NCBI GenBank assembly: GCA_963738405.1
Contig: CAVTWJ010000018.1
Coordinates: 1-64,000 of the forward strand
DNA: 64,000 bases
Reading direction: 5' to 3'
Source: a candidate division FCPU426 bacterium
GTDB lineage: Bacteria; Oederibacteriota; Muellerivitia; Muellerivitales; Muellerivitaceae
Position 1 is the first letter of the stretch. Every line of letters begins with the position of its first letter. A program made the translations under genes and the position numbers. This document shows, piece after piece, positions 8,960 through 22,025 of the stretch. The notes under the pieces were generated by a model. It did not search any database. It saw only the letters and a list, made by a program, of their open reading frames with translations, and had not been told where the DNA came from.

Positions 8960-11900
8960 CTATTCGATCAGTTCCCCGTCGCTTTCCTTGCTCAGGTCGG
9001 TGGCCATGGGCTTGTTCGCATCCAAGCCTCCGGGGGGAACGCCGGGAGGGGGACCCGCGGGCTTGGGAGCTGGTTTAGGTTCATCACCGGTCTTGACGGA
9101 ATCCACATTATCCAAATCAAACACCCCGCTGGGGGGTGCGGTGGGTTTCAAGGAAGTGGGAACGACCTTGGGCGGAATGGGCGCCCCGGGAGGAGGCATC
9201 GGCAATCCTGGAGGCCTGGGGGCTCCCATAGAGGGCGGAGTCATAGGCGTCCCAGGAGGTGGCATGGGGGTACCAGGCGGTTTCGGAGCTCCTAAGGAGG
9301 GCGGAGCGATAGGAGCGACCGGCGGTTTTGGGGCCGCGGAGGGCATCGCCCCTAAAGATGGAGCGGCAGGGGGACGAACGGGAGCGCCTGCTGTTGGCGC
9401 ACCAGGAACTGGAGGCGTCGCGGGTTTGGTTCCGAGTAGGGCATCCAAAGCGCCGGGTGCCCCGAGGGAAATCGGCGGCTTGGGCGCGGCGGGAGGAACG
9501 GCGCCCGCAACAGGCCCCGCGGGAGAAGCAGGCGCTTTTTTATCCAAGAGCGCGTCCAAAAGGCCGGGCGCGGCGGCGGGCGGCTTTACACCGGGAACGC
9601 CAGGGGCGGGAGAAGGCGGAATCCTAATGCCCAAAGCGGGCCCGCCTAGCGGGGGAGCCCCTGGCTTGGGGGGTAGGCCCGGGGCCCCAGGAGCGGAAGC
9701 CGCCCCGGGAATTCCCGGCGCGGCGGGCCTTAAGGAAGCGGCTGGTGCGACAGGGGGAACCCTGCCGGCGAGAAGAGAATCAAGTACACCCGAACCCGCG
9801 GCGGCGGGTTTGGCCCCGGCGGGCGTTAAGCCGGGAGCCGCCGGCCTTGGGGCGCCTGTGGGCATGGGGCCCGGAGCGGGCGAGGGAGGAACGGGTTTCA
9901 CCGCGACGGGCGAGGGAGTTTTAACGGCTTGGGCCGAGGCGGCGGCAGCGGCGGCGGTCGCGGCGGCGGCGACCTCGCTGGGCTTTTTGTATTTCGTCGG
10001 GAAGGTCAGGATGAGCCGGGTTCCAGGATCGCTCTTTTCAGCCACCGCTCCCCCGCCATGGCCCGCCAGGATGGTTTTAACCAGCGCGAACTTAAGGCCC
10101 GTGCCCGCCAGCTGGGTCGAGGCGGTGTGTTTGGGATCGTAAAACTCGTCGTAGAGGTGGGGCAGGCTTTCGGTTTTGACGTTCAGGCCCGGGTCTTCCA
10201 CCGTGACCTTCACGTTCTCGCCTACCGCTTCCACCTTAATGGGAATGATGGAACTCCGAGGCGCGTCCTTGATAATTTGAAGGTACAAAATATTCCAAAG
10301 CTGGTTGAAGCGGCGGCGCACAATGGGAACCTTGGGAAGGTTGGGCTGGGGCTCAATCCTTAACTTGATGGCTTTCACGTCCGCCTGGGCTTGGAAGTTG
10401 AAGGCCAACCCTTCGATTTCAGAACCCAGATTGACGTCTTCCCTCTTGGCGTCTTCCGCCTCGATTTCCACCTGGTAGATATCCAAAAGATCATTGATGA
10501 ATTTTTCCAGGCGCGCGGAACGGTTGATGACCATGCCCAAAAATTCCTGCTGTTTCTCGCTGATGCCGCCCTGGACCGTTCCGAGGGCCGAGGAGACATA
10601 GCCCTTGATGATGCCCAGTGTAGTCTTGAGCTCGTCGGCCATGGTGCGGATGGCCGCGGCGCGGACCGAGGAAACCTGGATGGCGGAAGCGGCGGAAACG
10701 GCGTTGAGGAGCTTGGCGTCCATTTCTTTGAGCTTGGCTTCCGTCTGCTGGAGCTTGGTCGCGACGTCGGACTGCGCCCTTTCGGCGGTGGCCAGCTGGC
10801 CCTTGAGGAGGGCGGTGTCGTTTTTGGACTGCTCGGTTTGGTTTCTTAAGCCTTCCGACATGGCTTTCAAGGCGTCCAGTTCTTTGAGCTTATCGTTTAA
10901 GACCTGGCTTTTTTCGGCCAATTCGCTCTTGGCGCCCTGGGCGGTCTGTTGGGCGGAAGATACCATCGCCGTGCTTTCGCGCGCCTTTTCATCCATTTGG
11001 GAGCGCATCTGCCTTACGGAGTCATTTTTTTCCTGCTCAATCTTTTGTTTTTCCTGTTCCAAATTTTGAATCAGCATGGCGGCGGCCTGCACCATCTGGC
11101 CCACTTCGTCCTTGCCGAAAGCCTTGAGCGTTTCAGGTGTGATGGAGCCTTCGCCCTGCGCCGCCTTCAAAACTACCGCGCTGGCCCTGCGCACCGGCGC
11201 CAAAATGCCGCTCAAGAAGAGGGAGCCCATGAGCCAAACCCAGGCCCAGAGGATCACGATGGCCAAGCCAAAGGGCGTGTAAAACCACTTGAGGATCAAC
11301 TGGGGAAGATCGGCCAAGGTGGGCTTGGGTTCGGGCTTAGCCGCCGGGGAGGGAGGAATGACAGTGCTATAGGGAACCTGGGTCACCACGCCGAATTTCC
11401 CGAAGCCTAAGGGCGCGTAAACCACCGCCCCGACACCGGGTTCTAAGGAGGAGCCGGCCTGTTGGTTGTTAAGGTCGGTGGAAACCTTCGACAGCCAAGG
11501 CGCGTTGCCGGGGTTGAAAGTTTCGGAAAGCTTGGAGGGATCGGAATGAAAAAAGTAACGGCCCGAAGAAGCGTCGAGGATGAAATAAACCCCGCTCTTG
11601 GTGTCTTTGGGGTCGAGAGGCGGAAAAAAATGGCCCAGATTGAAAACCGCCACAGCCACCGATTTGTCGGTCAAGGGCTGAGCGAAGAGGAAGGCGGGGT
11701 AGTTTAGGCGCTGGGTGTAAAACTGATAGGTCTGTCCAGGCTTAGCCTGCAATCTTTCTTGGATGGTCTTGAATTCGTCAGAAGAAGCGTATTGGCCGTC
11801 CGCCAAGGGAGGGGTGGCCGGAAGGTTTTTTAAAATCTTGCCGGTAGGGGAGACCACGAAAAGTCCCTGGACCCCGGGATGGGACTCCACGAAATTGGAA

Positions 11901-12154
11901 AGATCCGCGTCCCCATGGACGGACGTCAGGGTGGGGATATCCCCCACCGTTTTCTTGATGCTGCTGAAAAGGGACGAGGCGATCGACCCCACTTGTCCCT
12001 CTAATAAACTAACGGGGGCGTAATTGACTTCCTGGACGGCCGGGGCGGAGACCGGCGGCGCCTCGGTGAATTTCATCCAACCATAAACACCGGCCAGTAT
12101 CAGGACGGGCAGGAAGCCGACGAAAAAAATCGCCCCAAAATATTTACCCTTCAC
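8960..12154 (-). CDS. Membrane sensor histidine-kinase-like protein (Cache-like, HAMP, coiled coil, degenerate DHp/CA, Pro-rich tail)
   Basis: Two TM helices, HAMP (KDEVGQM), DHp-like MADELKTTLGIIKGY...FINDLLD, CA-like boxes; overlaps the gyrA end. Confidence 0.85.
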   Translation of the reverse strand: MKGKYFGAIFFVGFLPVLILAGVYGWMKFTEAPPVSAPAVQEVNYAPVSLLEGQVGSIASSLFSSIKKTVGDIPTLTSVHGDADLSNFVESHPGVQGLFVVSPTGKILKNLPATPPLADGQYASSDEFKTIQERLQAKPGQTYQFYTQRLNYPAFLFAQPLTDKSVAVAVFNLGHFFPPLDPKDTKSGVYFILDASSGRYFFHSDPSKLSETFNPGNAPWLSKVSTDLNNQQAGSSLEPGVGAVVYAPLGFGKFGVVTQVPYSTVIPPSPAAKPEPKPTLADLPQLILKWFYTPFGLAIVILWAWVWLMGSLFLSGILAPVRRASAVVLKAAQGEGSITPETLKAFGKDEVGQMVQAAAMLIQNLEQEKQKIEQEKNDSVRQMRSQMDEKARESTAMVSSAQQTAQGAKSELAEKSQVLNDKLKELDALKAMSEGLRNQTEQSKNDTALLKGQLATAERAQSDVATKLQQTEAKLKEMDAKLLNAVSAASAIQVSSVRAAAIRTMADELKTTLGIIKGYVSSALGTVQGGISEKQQEFLGMVINRSARLEKFINDLLDIYQVEIEAEDAKREDVNLGSEIEGLAFNFQAQADVKAIKLRIEPQPNLPKVPIVRRRFNQLWNILYLQIIKDAPRSSIIPIKVEAVGENVKVTVEDPGLNVKTESLPHLYDEFYDPKHTASTQLAGTGLKFALVKTILAGHGGGAVAEKSDPGTRLILTFPTKYKKPSEVAAAATAAAAAASAQAVKTPSPVAVKPVPPSPAPGPMPTGAPRPAAPGLTPAGAKPAAAGSGVLDSLLAGRVPPVAPAASLRPAAPGIPGAASAPGAPGLPPKPGAPPLGGPALGIRIPPSPAPGVPGVKPPAAAPGLLDALLDKKAPASPAGPVAGAVPPAAPKPPISLGAPGALDALLGTKPATPPVPGAPTAGAPVRPPAAPSLGAMPSAAPKPPVAPIAPPSLGAPKPPGTPMPPPGTPMTPPSMGAPRPPGLPMPPPGAPIPPKVVPTSLKPTAPPSGVFDLDNVDSVKTGDEPKPAPKPAGPPPGVPPGGLDANKPMATDLSKESDGELIE

Positions 12155-14711
12155 TGGCTTCCCCTCCGTCCACTTCTTTCGGCACGTTCACTACCGCCAC
12201 AAGCCGATCATCGTCGGCCATTTTAATCAAACGAACCCCCTGGGCCAACCTTCCCGTGGATTTGATTTCCTTCACCCGCTGGCGGATGACCTTGCCCGAG
12301 GCCGTCATGACGATGATCTCATCTTGATCGCCCACGGAGGCGATAGAGACCGCCAAACCGTTCTTCGAGGTTGTCTTGATGTTGAGGATACCCTTGCCGC
12401 CTCTCCCCTGCCGGCGGTAGGCGGAGTAATTGGTGCGTTTGCCAAAGCCTTTTTCGGTGGCGGTGAGGAGCGACATGCCCTCTTGGACCACTTCCATGCC
12501 AATCACCCTGTCCTTATTGCCCAAGCGCATCCCGCGGACACCCTTGCCGGCCCGGCCCACTTCCCGGACCATTTTCTCGGCGAAGCGGATCGACAGGCCC
12601 GAACGGGTGGCTAAAAAGATATCCCTCTTGCCGTCGGTGATTTCGGCGGAAACAAGCACGTCGCCCTTGTCCAAAGTGATGGCGATGATGCCGCCGGCCC
12701 TGGGCTTATCGAAGGCCGAGAGGCTGGTGTTTTTGATCAGACCGTTGGCCGTGGCCATGAGGATGCTGAACTTTTCGTTGAATTCCTTGACGGGTTTGAC
12801 CGCCGAGATTTTTTCTTCCTCGCCGAGTTTTAGGACGTTGGCCAGGGCCGTGCCTCGGGCATAGCGGGAGGCTTCGGGAATCTCATAGACCTTGAGCCAA
12901 TGGGCCTTACCGAAATTAGTGAAAATGAGAAGGTAGTCGTGCGACGAGGCGGTGTACATGCGCTCGACGAAATCTTCTTCCTTGATGCCCGAGCCGGTGA
13001 CGCCCTTCCCTCCCCTGCGCTGCTTCTGGTAGGTATCAATCGGCAGGCGCTTGATGTAACCCCCGTGGGAGAGGGTGATGACGCATTGCTCATCCTCGAT
13101 CAGGTCCTCAATTTTCAAATCCTCGGCCTTGCCGATAATTTCGGAGCGGCGGGGATCGGCATACTTGGTTTTGATCTCGGTCAATTCGTCCTTGATGACC
13201 TGCCAGAGTTTCTTTTCGGAGGAAAGAATCCCCTTCAGGATTTCGATGGTCTTTAACAGTTCCCGGTATTCATCTTCGATCTTCTTGATTTCTAGGTTCG
13301 TCAGCTGACGCAGCTGCATTTCCAAAATGGCCTGGGCCTGAATGGGAGAGAGGCTGAAATTAGCGATGAGGGCGGTTTTGGCGTCTTCGGTGCTTTTGGA
13401 AGCCCGGATGGTCTTGATGACCTTATCCAAATTGTCGAGAGCGATGCGAAGACCCTCGAGGATATGGGCCCGCTTCTCGGCCTTGTCCAAATCGAATTTG
13501 GTTCGGCGGATGACCACATCTTTGCGGTGCTCCAGGAAATGGTGGAGCATGCCCTTGAGGTTCAAAACCCTCGGCTGGCCGTTAACAAGCGCCAACATGA
13601 TGATGCCGAAAGAAGTGCGAAGAGACGTTTGTTGGAAGAGGTTGTTGAGAACAACCTGCGCGTTCATGTTTTTAGAAACTTCAATCACAACCCGCATACC
13701 GTCGCGGTCGGACTCGTCCCGAAGGTCGGTGATACCTTCCATCTTCTTGTCGCGCACCAGTTCGGCGATCTTTTCGATCAGTTGAGCTTTGTTCACCTGG
13801 AAAGGGATCTCGGTGATGATGATGCGCTCGCGGTCTTTTTTGTCGGTCTCAATGCCGGCCTTGGCTTGCATGCGCACACTGCCGCGCCCCGTGTTGTAGG
13901 CTTCGACGATGCCTTCCCGGCCGAGGATGAAACCCCCGGTTGGGAAATCAGGTCCCTTGATGAAATGAACCAGTTCCTTGACGGTGGCCTGGGGGTTGTC
14001 GATCAAGTGCATCAACCCTTCGATGACTTCTCCCAAATTATGCGGGGGAACATTGGTGGCCATGCCGACCGCGATACCTTGGGCGCCGTTGACGAGGAAG
14101 TTGGGGAAGGCGCAGGGCAGGACGAGAGGTTCTTCCCGGGTGCCGTCGTAGTTAGGAACGAAATCGACCGTGTTTTTGTCGATGTCTTTTAAAAGTTCCT
14201 CAGCCAAGGGGGACATGCGAACTTCGGTGTAACGTTCGGCGGCCGGAGGGTCGCCGTCGACAGAGCCAAAGTTTCCCTGTCCGTCGATGAGGGGATAGCG
14301 CATGGAAAAATCCTGCGCCAAGCGGACCATGGTGTCGTAAACCGAGGCAGTGCCGTGGGGATGGTAATTGCCCGTGACATCGCCCGTGACCTTGGCCGAT
14401 TTGCGGTAGGGCTTGCGGGAAGTCAGGGAAAGATCGTGCATGCCCATGAAAATGCGGCGGTGGACAGGTTTCAAGCCGTCGCGCACATCCGGCAGGGCTC
14501 TTCCTACGATCACGCTCATGGCGTAATCGAGATAGGAATCCTTCATCTCGTCTTCGATATCGGTCGAAACGATGTTGCCGCGGTTCTCATCGCCTCCGTC
14601 ACCGCCTAGGGCCGCCGTTTCACCCTTGGGGGGCGGAGGAGCGCCTTCCCCGTTTTCTGCTGGGTTCTCGGGGGATTCGGGTGTTAATTTTTTCTTTTTC
14701 AACCGGGCCAT
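12144..14711 (-). CDS. gyrA: DNA gyrase subunit A
   Basis: RALPDVRDGLKPVHRR, YHPHG, AAERYTE, GyrA-box QRRGGKG. Confidence 0.99.
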   Translation of the reverse strand: MARLKKKKLTPESPENPAENGEGAPPPPKGETAALGGDGGDENRGNIVSTDIEDEMKDSYLDYAMSVIVGRALPDVRDGLKPVHRRIFMGMHDLSLTSRKPYRKSAKVTGDVTGNYHPHGTASVYDTMVRLAQDFSMRYPLIDGQGNFGSVDGDPPAAERYTEVRMSPLAEELLKDIDKNTVDFVPNYDGTREEPLVLPCAFPNFLVNGAQGIAVGMATNVPPHNLGEVIEGLMHLIDNPQATVKELVHFIKGPDFPTGGFILGREGIVEAYNTGRGSVRMQAKAGIETDKKDRERIIITEIPFQVNKAQLIEKIAELVRDKKMEGITDLRDESDRDGMRVVIEVSKNMNAQVVLNNLFQQTSLRTSFGIIMLALVNGQPRVLNLKGMLHHFLEHRKDVVIRRTKFDLDKAEKRAHILEGLRIALDNLDKVIKTIRASKSTEDAKTALIANFSLSPIQAQAILEMQLRQLTNLEIKKIEDEYRELLKTIEILKGILSSEKKLWQVIKDELTEIKTKYADPRRSEIIGKAEDLKIEDLIEDEQCVITLSHGGYIKRLPIDTYQKQRRGGKGVTGSGIKEEDFVERMYTASSHDYLLIFTNFGKAHWLKVYEIPEASRYARGTALANVLKLGEEEKISAVKPVKEFNEKFSILMATANGLIKNTSLSAFDKPRAGGIIAITLDKGDVLVSAEITDGKRDIFLATRSGLSIRFAEKMVREVGRAGKGVRGMRLGNKDRVIGMEVVQEGMSLLTATEKGFGKRTNYSAYRRQGRGGKGILNIKTTSKNGLAVSIASVGDQDEIIVMTASGKVIRQRVKEIKSTGRLAQGVRLIKMADDDRLVAVVNVPKEVDGGEASEG

Positions 14712-14740
14712 GTCGTTCCTTTTAAAAAGTTAAGCATCTG

Positions 14741-17713
<2,973 letters not shown>

Positions 17714-17717
<4 letters not shown>

Positions 17718-18817
17718 GAAACGGACTCTACCCTTCCCTCTTCCACGCGAAAAACCCGGGCGTGGGACCCGGCGTTTAAAAAATCATTTCGGGAGGTTCC
17801 CGTGAGGAAAGCCTGCCCGCCCTGCTGAAGCCGGTTCAAGAAAAAGGCCCTTCGCTTTTCATCCAGCTCGGCCATCACATCGTCGAAAAGGATCAAGGGC
17901 TCCTTTCGGCAACCCTCGGCCAGAATCGATAATTGCGCCAACTTGAGCGCCAAGGCGCCGGTGCGCTGCTGGCCCTGACTTCCATATTTTCGCAACGGCT
18001 TGCCGTTGACCCACAGCCCCAGATCATCCCGGTGGGGTCCGGTGATGGTTGCCGAGCGGGCCATTTCCTCCCGCCGGGATTTTTTCAGCGCGTCTAAAAT
18101 TTGCGCGGGCAGGTCTCCCGCTTTTTCATCAGAAATAATCTGGGGCTCATAACGCACCTCAAATTGTTCTGCCCCCCCCGTTAGATCCCTTAGAGCGGCC
18201 CGGGCAAAATCGCCGAGCCTCTGTGTGACTTCCCGGCGCCGGATCATCAAGGAGGCTCCATGTTGGGCCAGGGGCAAATCCCAAACTAAAAGTTGGCTTT
18301 CCAGGCCCGGCCCTTTTTGCTTTAAAAGACTATTGCGCTGCTTCAAAGCCCTTTCATAGGCTTGAAGATGCGTTAAGTACCCCAAGTCCATCTGCAAAAT
18401 CGTGACATCCAAATATTTCCGCCTGAGCAAGGGACTTCCCTTAATCAGGAACAAATCGTCGGGTGAAAAAACCACCGCCGGAAGCCTGCCGAGAAGGGAA
18501 GAGAGCTTTTTTTCTTTTTTCCCGTTCACAAAAAGGGCCTTGGGCTTTCGTCGGCGAAACTCAAGCCTCAGAGTTTCCGGCCCATCTTCCCGTCTTATTT
18601 TTCCCTCCACCGCCCCTTCTTCTTGATCGAAGCGGATCATTTCTTCATCGGTCGCTGAGCGCAGGGAGCGAGAAGTGGAAAGACAATAAAGGGCTTCTAA
18701 AATATTTGTTTTTCCCTGGGCGTTGGATCCGATTAAGAGATTGAGTTGAGGGTCGAAATCCACCTCCAAGGCTTGATAGGACCGAAATTGCGAAAGCCGC
18801 AAAGACTCAACATGCAC
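17714..18817 (-). CDS. recF: DNA replication/repair protein RecF
   Basis: GSNAQGKTNILEA, GPHRDDL, GSQGQQR, LFDDVMAELD. Confidence 0.98.
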
Positions 18818-19077
18818 CCAGCGACCCCTCTCTTTTCATAACTCAACATTCCTTTTGAACTAGGGAAAAGGGCTCCCGGCCTCTATCAATGCAAAACCCT
18901 GCCCATTTGGGGACATTTCTTAGACTAAGTCCCCGAAAAGGTCTTAAATGAATTCGTTTTACGAAGAAATCCTGAACAAATCATTGGAAGAAGGCTCTAA
19001 AACTAGCTCCATTATAAGCTTCTCTTGCTGGAAATTCATTTTAAAATTCAAGTCTTTCCAATGGGTTTTGAATGGAG

Positions 19078-19117
19078 TTTTAATTATTTGCACAATAATA
19101 TGTGCAAATAATTAAAA
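19078..19117. repeat. Perfect 17-bp inverted repeat with 6-bp spacer
   Basis: TTTTAATTATTTGCACA-ATAATA-TGTGCAAATAATTAAAA. Confidence 0.85.
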
Positions 19118-19139
19118 GGTTTTTTTCCTCCAAATCATT

Positions 19140-19155
19140 TGTTCCACGTGGAACA
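19140..19155. promoter_or_regulatory. parS: parS centromere site
   Basis: TGTTCCACGTGGAACA, exact match to the canonical parS palindrome. Confidence 0.95.
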
Positions 19156-19164
19156 AATCAACCC

Positions 19165-19908
19165 CTAAATTAAAGGCTGCTTTAACGCACGGCCAATGGG
19201 CCTTGGATATTTCTCAGGAGTTGTCCCCATTTTTTCCACAAAAATGATCCATCGGGGATTTTGAGTATTCGGTAGTTCATATCTAATCTTTTCAACCACT
19301 TGTGCCTTTAACTCTGTTAGGGCTTTTTTCGAGTTGTCCACAATAGAAAGCTGGTCCTGGGTTGACCAATTCACGAGATATCCACCTGTTGTTAACAGCG
19401 GCATGGCGTATTCCAGAACAACTCGAAAGTCCGCAACGGCCCGGACAGTTACTCCATTCCAGCTTTCCCTTGTAAGGGTATCTCTTCCCAATGCTTCGGC
19501 TCGAGAAGCCAATAGTGACGAGTTCCAACCTGCGGCTTTCACGCATTCTTCCAAAGCTTTGATTTTTTTAGCCACTGAATCTAAAAAGGTGATTTCCCCT
19601 TGGGGAAAAGCCGCAGCCAATACCGCTCCTGGGAACCCGCATCCGGAACCCAAATCAAGCCACCGAGGTTGAGTTAATTTCATTTTCTCATGAAATTTCT
19701 TTAGTTCGGGAAGGCAATAGGCTGAGTCTAAAAGATGATAGGTTAAGACATCCTCATCTTCGGTCCATCGGGTTAAATTGCAGGTTTGATTTATCTCGAG
19801 CATCTTTTGGGTGAAATTAACTAAAGAAGTTATGGAATCGGTAGGGAACTGATCGTAAAGCTTTGCTTCTTGCAGCACCTCCCGAAACCGTTCGGGGGTG
19901 AGACTCAA
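19165..19908 (-). CDS. rsmG: 16S rRNA m7G527 methyltransferase
   Basis: HLLDS, LDLGSGCGFPG, VTVRAVA, TPEKYPR; follows mnmG. Confidence 0.97.
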   Translation of the reverse strand: MSLTPERFREVLQEAKLYDQFPTDSITSLVNFTQKMLEINQTCNLTRWTEDEDVLTYHLLDSAYCLPELKKFHEKMKLTQPRWLDLGSGCGFPGAVLAAAFPQGEITFLDSVAKKIKALEECVKAAGWNSSLLASRAEALGRDTLTRESWNGVTVRAVADFRVVLEYAMPLLTTGGYLVNWSTQDQLSIVDNSKKALTELKAQVVEKIRYELPNTQNPRWIIFVEKMGTTPEKYPRPIGRALKQPLI

Positions 19909-21818
19909 AGGGGTTCCTCGGTAGCGATATGGGCAGCTGAAACAGCTTGATTCTTGGAATAACGGCTTAAAGCCAATAACAAGACGGCCAGATCTGCTTG
20001 ACTAACGCCTTGAATGCGGGAAGCTTGCCCAAAGGTACTTGGCTTTATTTTGTTGAGCTTTTCCTTGGCCTCTCGTGAAAAACCAATCACCTCCAAATAG
20101 GAAAAATCTCTGGGAATTGGCTGATTTTCATTTCTATTTTGACGTTGAATTTCCAAACGTTGTTTGCGCAGATAGCCTTCGTATTTGACTTCTACCTCGA
20201 TTTGGAATGCCACTTCCTGCTCCCAATGAAGATCTTTGGGCAAAAGAGGTTTCAACCCTTCATAGGTTACCCAGGGCCGTCTGAGAATCTCTTCCAAGTT
20301 AAAACATCTGTCTTGGTTTGTAAGATTAAGAGGTTCATAGGGAAGCGATTCCAAAGGAAGGGATAAATTCTTAAGAGCTTTGAGGCCTTTTTCGATCTTA
20401 TATCTCTTCTCGATTAAAGCTTCTCGCGCCCAAGCTGGAATTAAACCTAATTCGAACCCCTTTTCCATCAAGCGTAAGTCGGCATTGTCGGGACGCAATA
20501 AAAGACGATATTCAGCTTTAGAGGTAAACAACCGATAGGGTTCTTCGGTCCCCTTTGTAACCAAATCATCCACCATGACCCCCATGTAAGCTTCATTTCG
20601 GGTTAACAAAAAAGGTGGTAGGCCTTTAACCGCCATTGCGGCGTTGATACCCGCCCAAAGACCCTGAGCTGCGGCTTCCTCATACCCTGAGGTTCCGTTG
20701 ATTTGGCCGGCTAAAAATAGGTTTTTAATCTTATATGTTTCCAAGGCGGGGGAAACTTGAGTCGGGGGAACAAAATCATACTCAACCGCATAGCCTGGAC
20801 GAGCAATTTCAGCCTTTTCCAAGCCTGGAATAGTGTGGAGAAAGGCATATTGAGCATCCAGAGGCAGGGATGTCGATAGACCGTTCAAGTAAAACTCGCT
20901 GGTTGAAAGCCCCTCAGGTTCAAGAAAAATCTGGTGTCGGGCTTTATCAGGGAATTTAACGACCTTGTCTTCAATCGACGGGCAATAACGGGGACCAATC
21001 CCTTTAATAACTCCCGAATAAAGGGGTGAGCGGGACATATTATCTCTTATGGCTTGGTGAGTATGGTCATTGGTGTAAGTGACATAACAGGCAACTTGGG
21101 GTTGAAGAGGGAATTGGGTCGTGAAATGAGAAAAAGGTTTGGGGTCAACATCACCCATTTGCGCTTCTGTCACAGAAAAATCGATAGAATCCTTGTAAAC
21201 CCTGGGATTCGTTCCAGTTTTTAAACGGCCCACCTCAAATCCCAATTCCCTTAAATGGGCAGAAAGACCTTTAGAGGCTTGTTCCCCTGTTCGTCCGCCC
21301 TCTATTTTTGTTTCACCCACATGCATGAGGCCATTCAAGAAGGTTCCGGTCGTAATCACAACGGCCTTGGCCCGAATTTCTTCACCAAATTGGGTTAAAA
21401 CACCTTGAACAATGCTATTTGTTATTAATAGGCGTTCTACCATCGCCTGTCGGAGTGTTAACCCTTTCTGGTGAAGCACAATTTGACGCATTCTTTGGTT
21501 ATAGAGTTCCTTATCGCACTGGGCTCTCAAGCCCCAAACCGCAGGACCTTGAGTTCGATTTAAAACCCGGGATTGGATAGAAGTTTCGTCTGTAGCCTTT
21601 GCCATTTCTCCGCCAAGGGCATCTATTTCGCGTACCAAATGACCCTTGGCAAGCCCTCCAATGGCTGGATTACAACTCATCTTGGCAATGGTGTCCAAAT
21701 TCATTGTAATAAAGGCGGTATTTAGCCCCATACGCGCACAAGCTAAAGCCGCTTCACAACCCGCATGACCCGCTCCAACTACAACCACATCATAAGTTGA
21801 AGAAGATTGGACGGACAA
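19905..21818 (-). CDS. mnmG: tRNA modification enzyme MnmG (GidA)
   Basis: GAGHAGCEAA, MSCNPAIGG, GPRYCPSIEDK, GQINGTSGYEEAAAQG. Confidence 0.99.
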   Translation of the reverse strand: MSVQSSSTYDVVVVGAGHAGCEAALACARMGLNTAFITMNLDTIAKMSCNPAIGGLAKGHLVREIDALGGEMAKATDETSIQSRVLNRTQGPAVWGLRAQCDKELYNQRMRQIVLHQKGLTLRQAMVERLLITNSIVQGVLTQFGEEIRAKAVVITTGTFLNGLMHVGETKIEGGRTGEQASKGLSAHLRELGFEVGRLKTGTNPRVYKDSIDFSVTEAQMGDVDPKPFSHFTTQFPLQPQVACYVTYTNDHTHQAIRDNMSRSPLYSGVIKGIGPRYCPSIEDKVVKFPDKARHQIFLEPEGLSTSEFYLNGLSTSLPLDAQYAFLHTIPGLEKAEIARPGYAVEYDFVPPTQVSPALETYKIKNLFLAGQINGTSGYEEAAAQGLWAGINAAMAVKGLPPFLLTRNEAYMGVMVDDLVTKGTEEPYRLFTSKAEYRLLLRPDNADLRLMEKGFELGLIPAWAREALIEKRYKIEKGLKALKNLSLPLESLPYEPLNLTNQDRCFNLEEILRRPWVTYEGLKPLLPKDLHWEQEVAFQIEVEVKYEGYLRKQRLEIQRQNRNENQPIPRDFSYLEVIGFSREAKEKLNKIKPSTFGQASRIQGVSQADLAVLLLALSRYSKNQAVSAAHIATEEPL

Positions 21819-21905
21819 AGGAGTTCCTCGTTAAGAATTGGTGCGAATTTATAACACAATCGGCGAATGGGAACAATGAAGGGTGATTTCAGATAAAGGT
21901 GTAAA

Positions 21906-21921
21906 TGTTCCACGTGGAACA
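21906..21921. promoter_or_regulatory. parS: parS centromere site
   Basis: TGTTCCACGTGGAACA exact. Confidence 0.95.
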
Positions 21922-22025
21922 TGGAATTTCAGGACAAAGAAAAGACCTAAAAAATGAAAATGTTGAAAAAAATTTAACAACCCTTTTTACATCCCAGAAA
22001 CCCAGGAAGCTGAGAACTTTCTACG

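Noticed and set aside
8988..10142. 384-aa Gly-rich plus-strand ORF
   Set aside because: Antisense shadow of the Pro/Ala-rich tail
19084..19111. dif site
   Set aside because: It has a 6-bp spacer but lacks the XerD arm TTATGTTAAAT and lies near the origin
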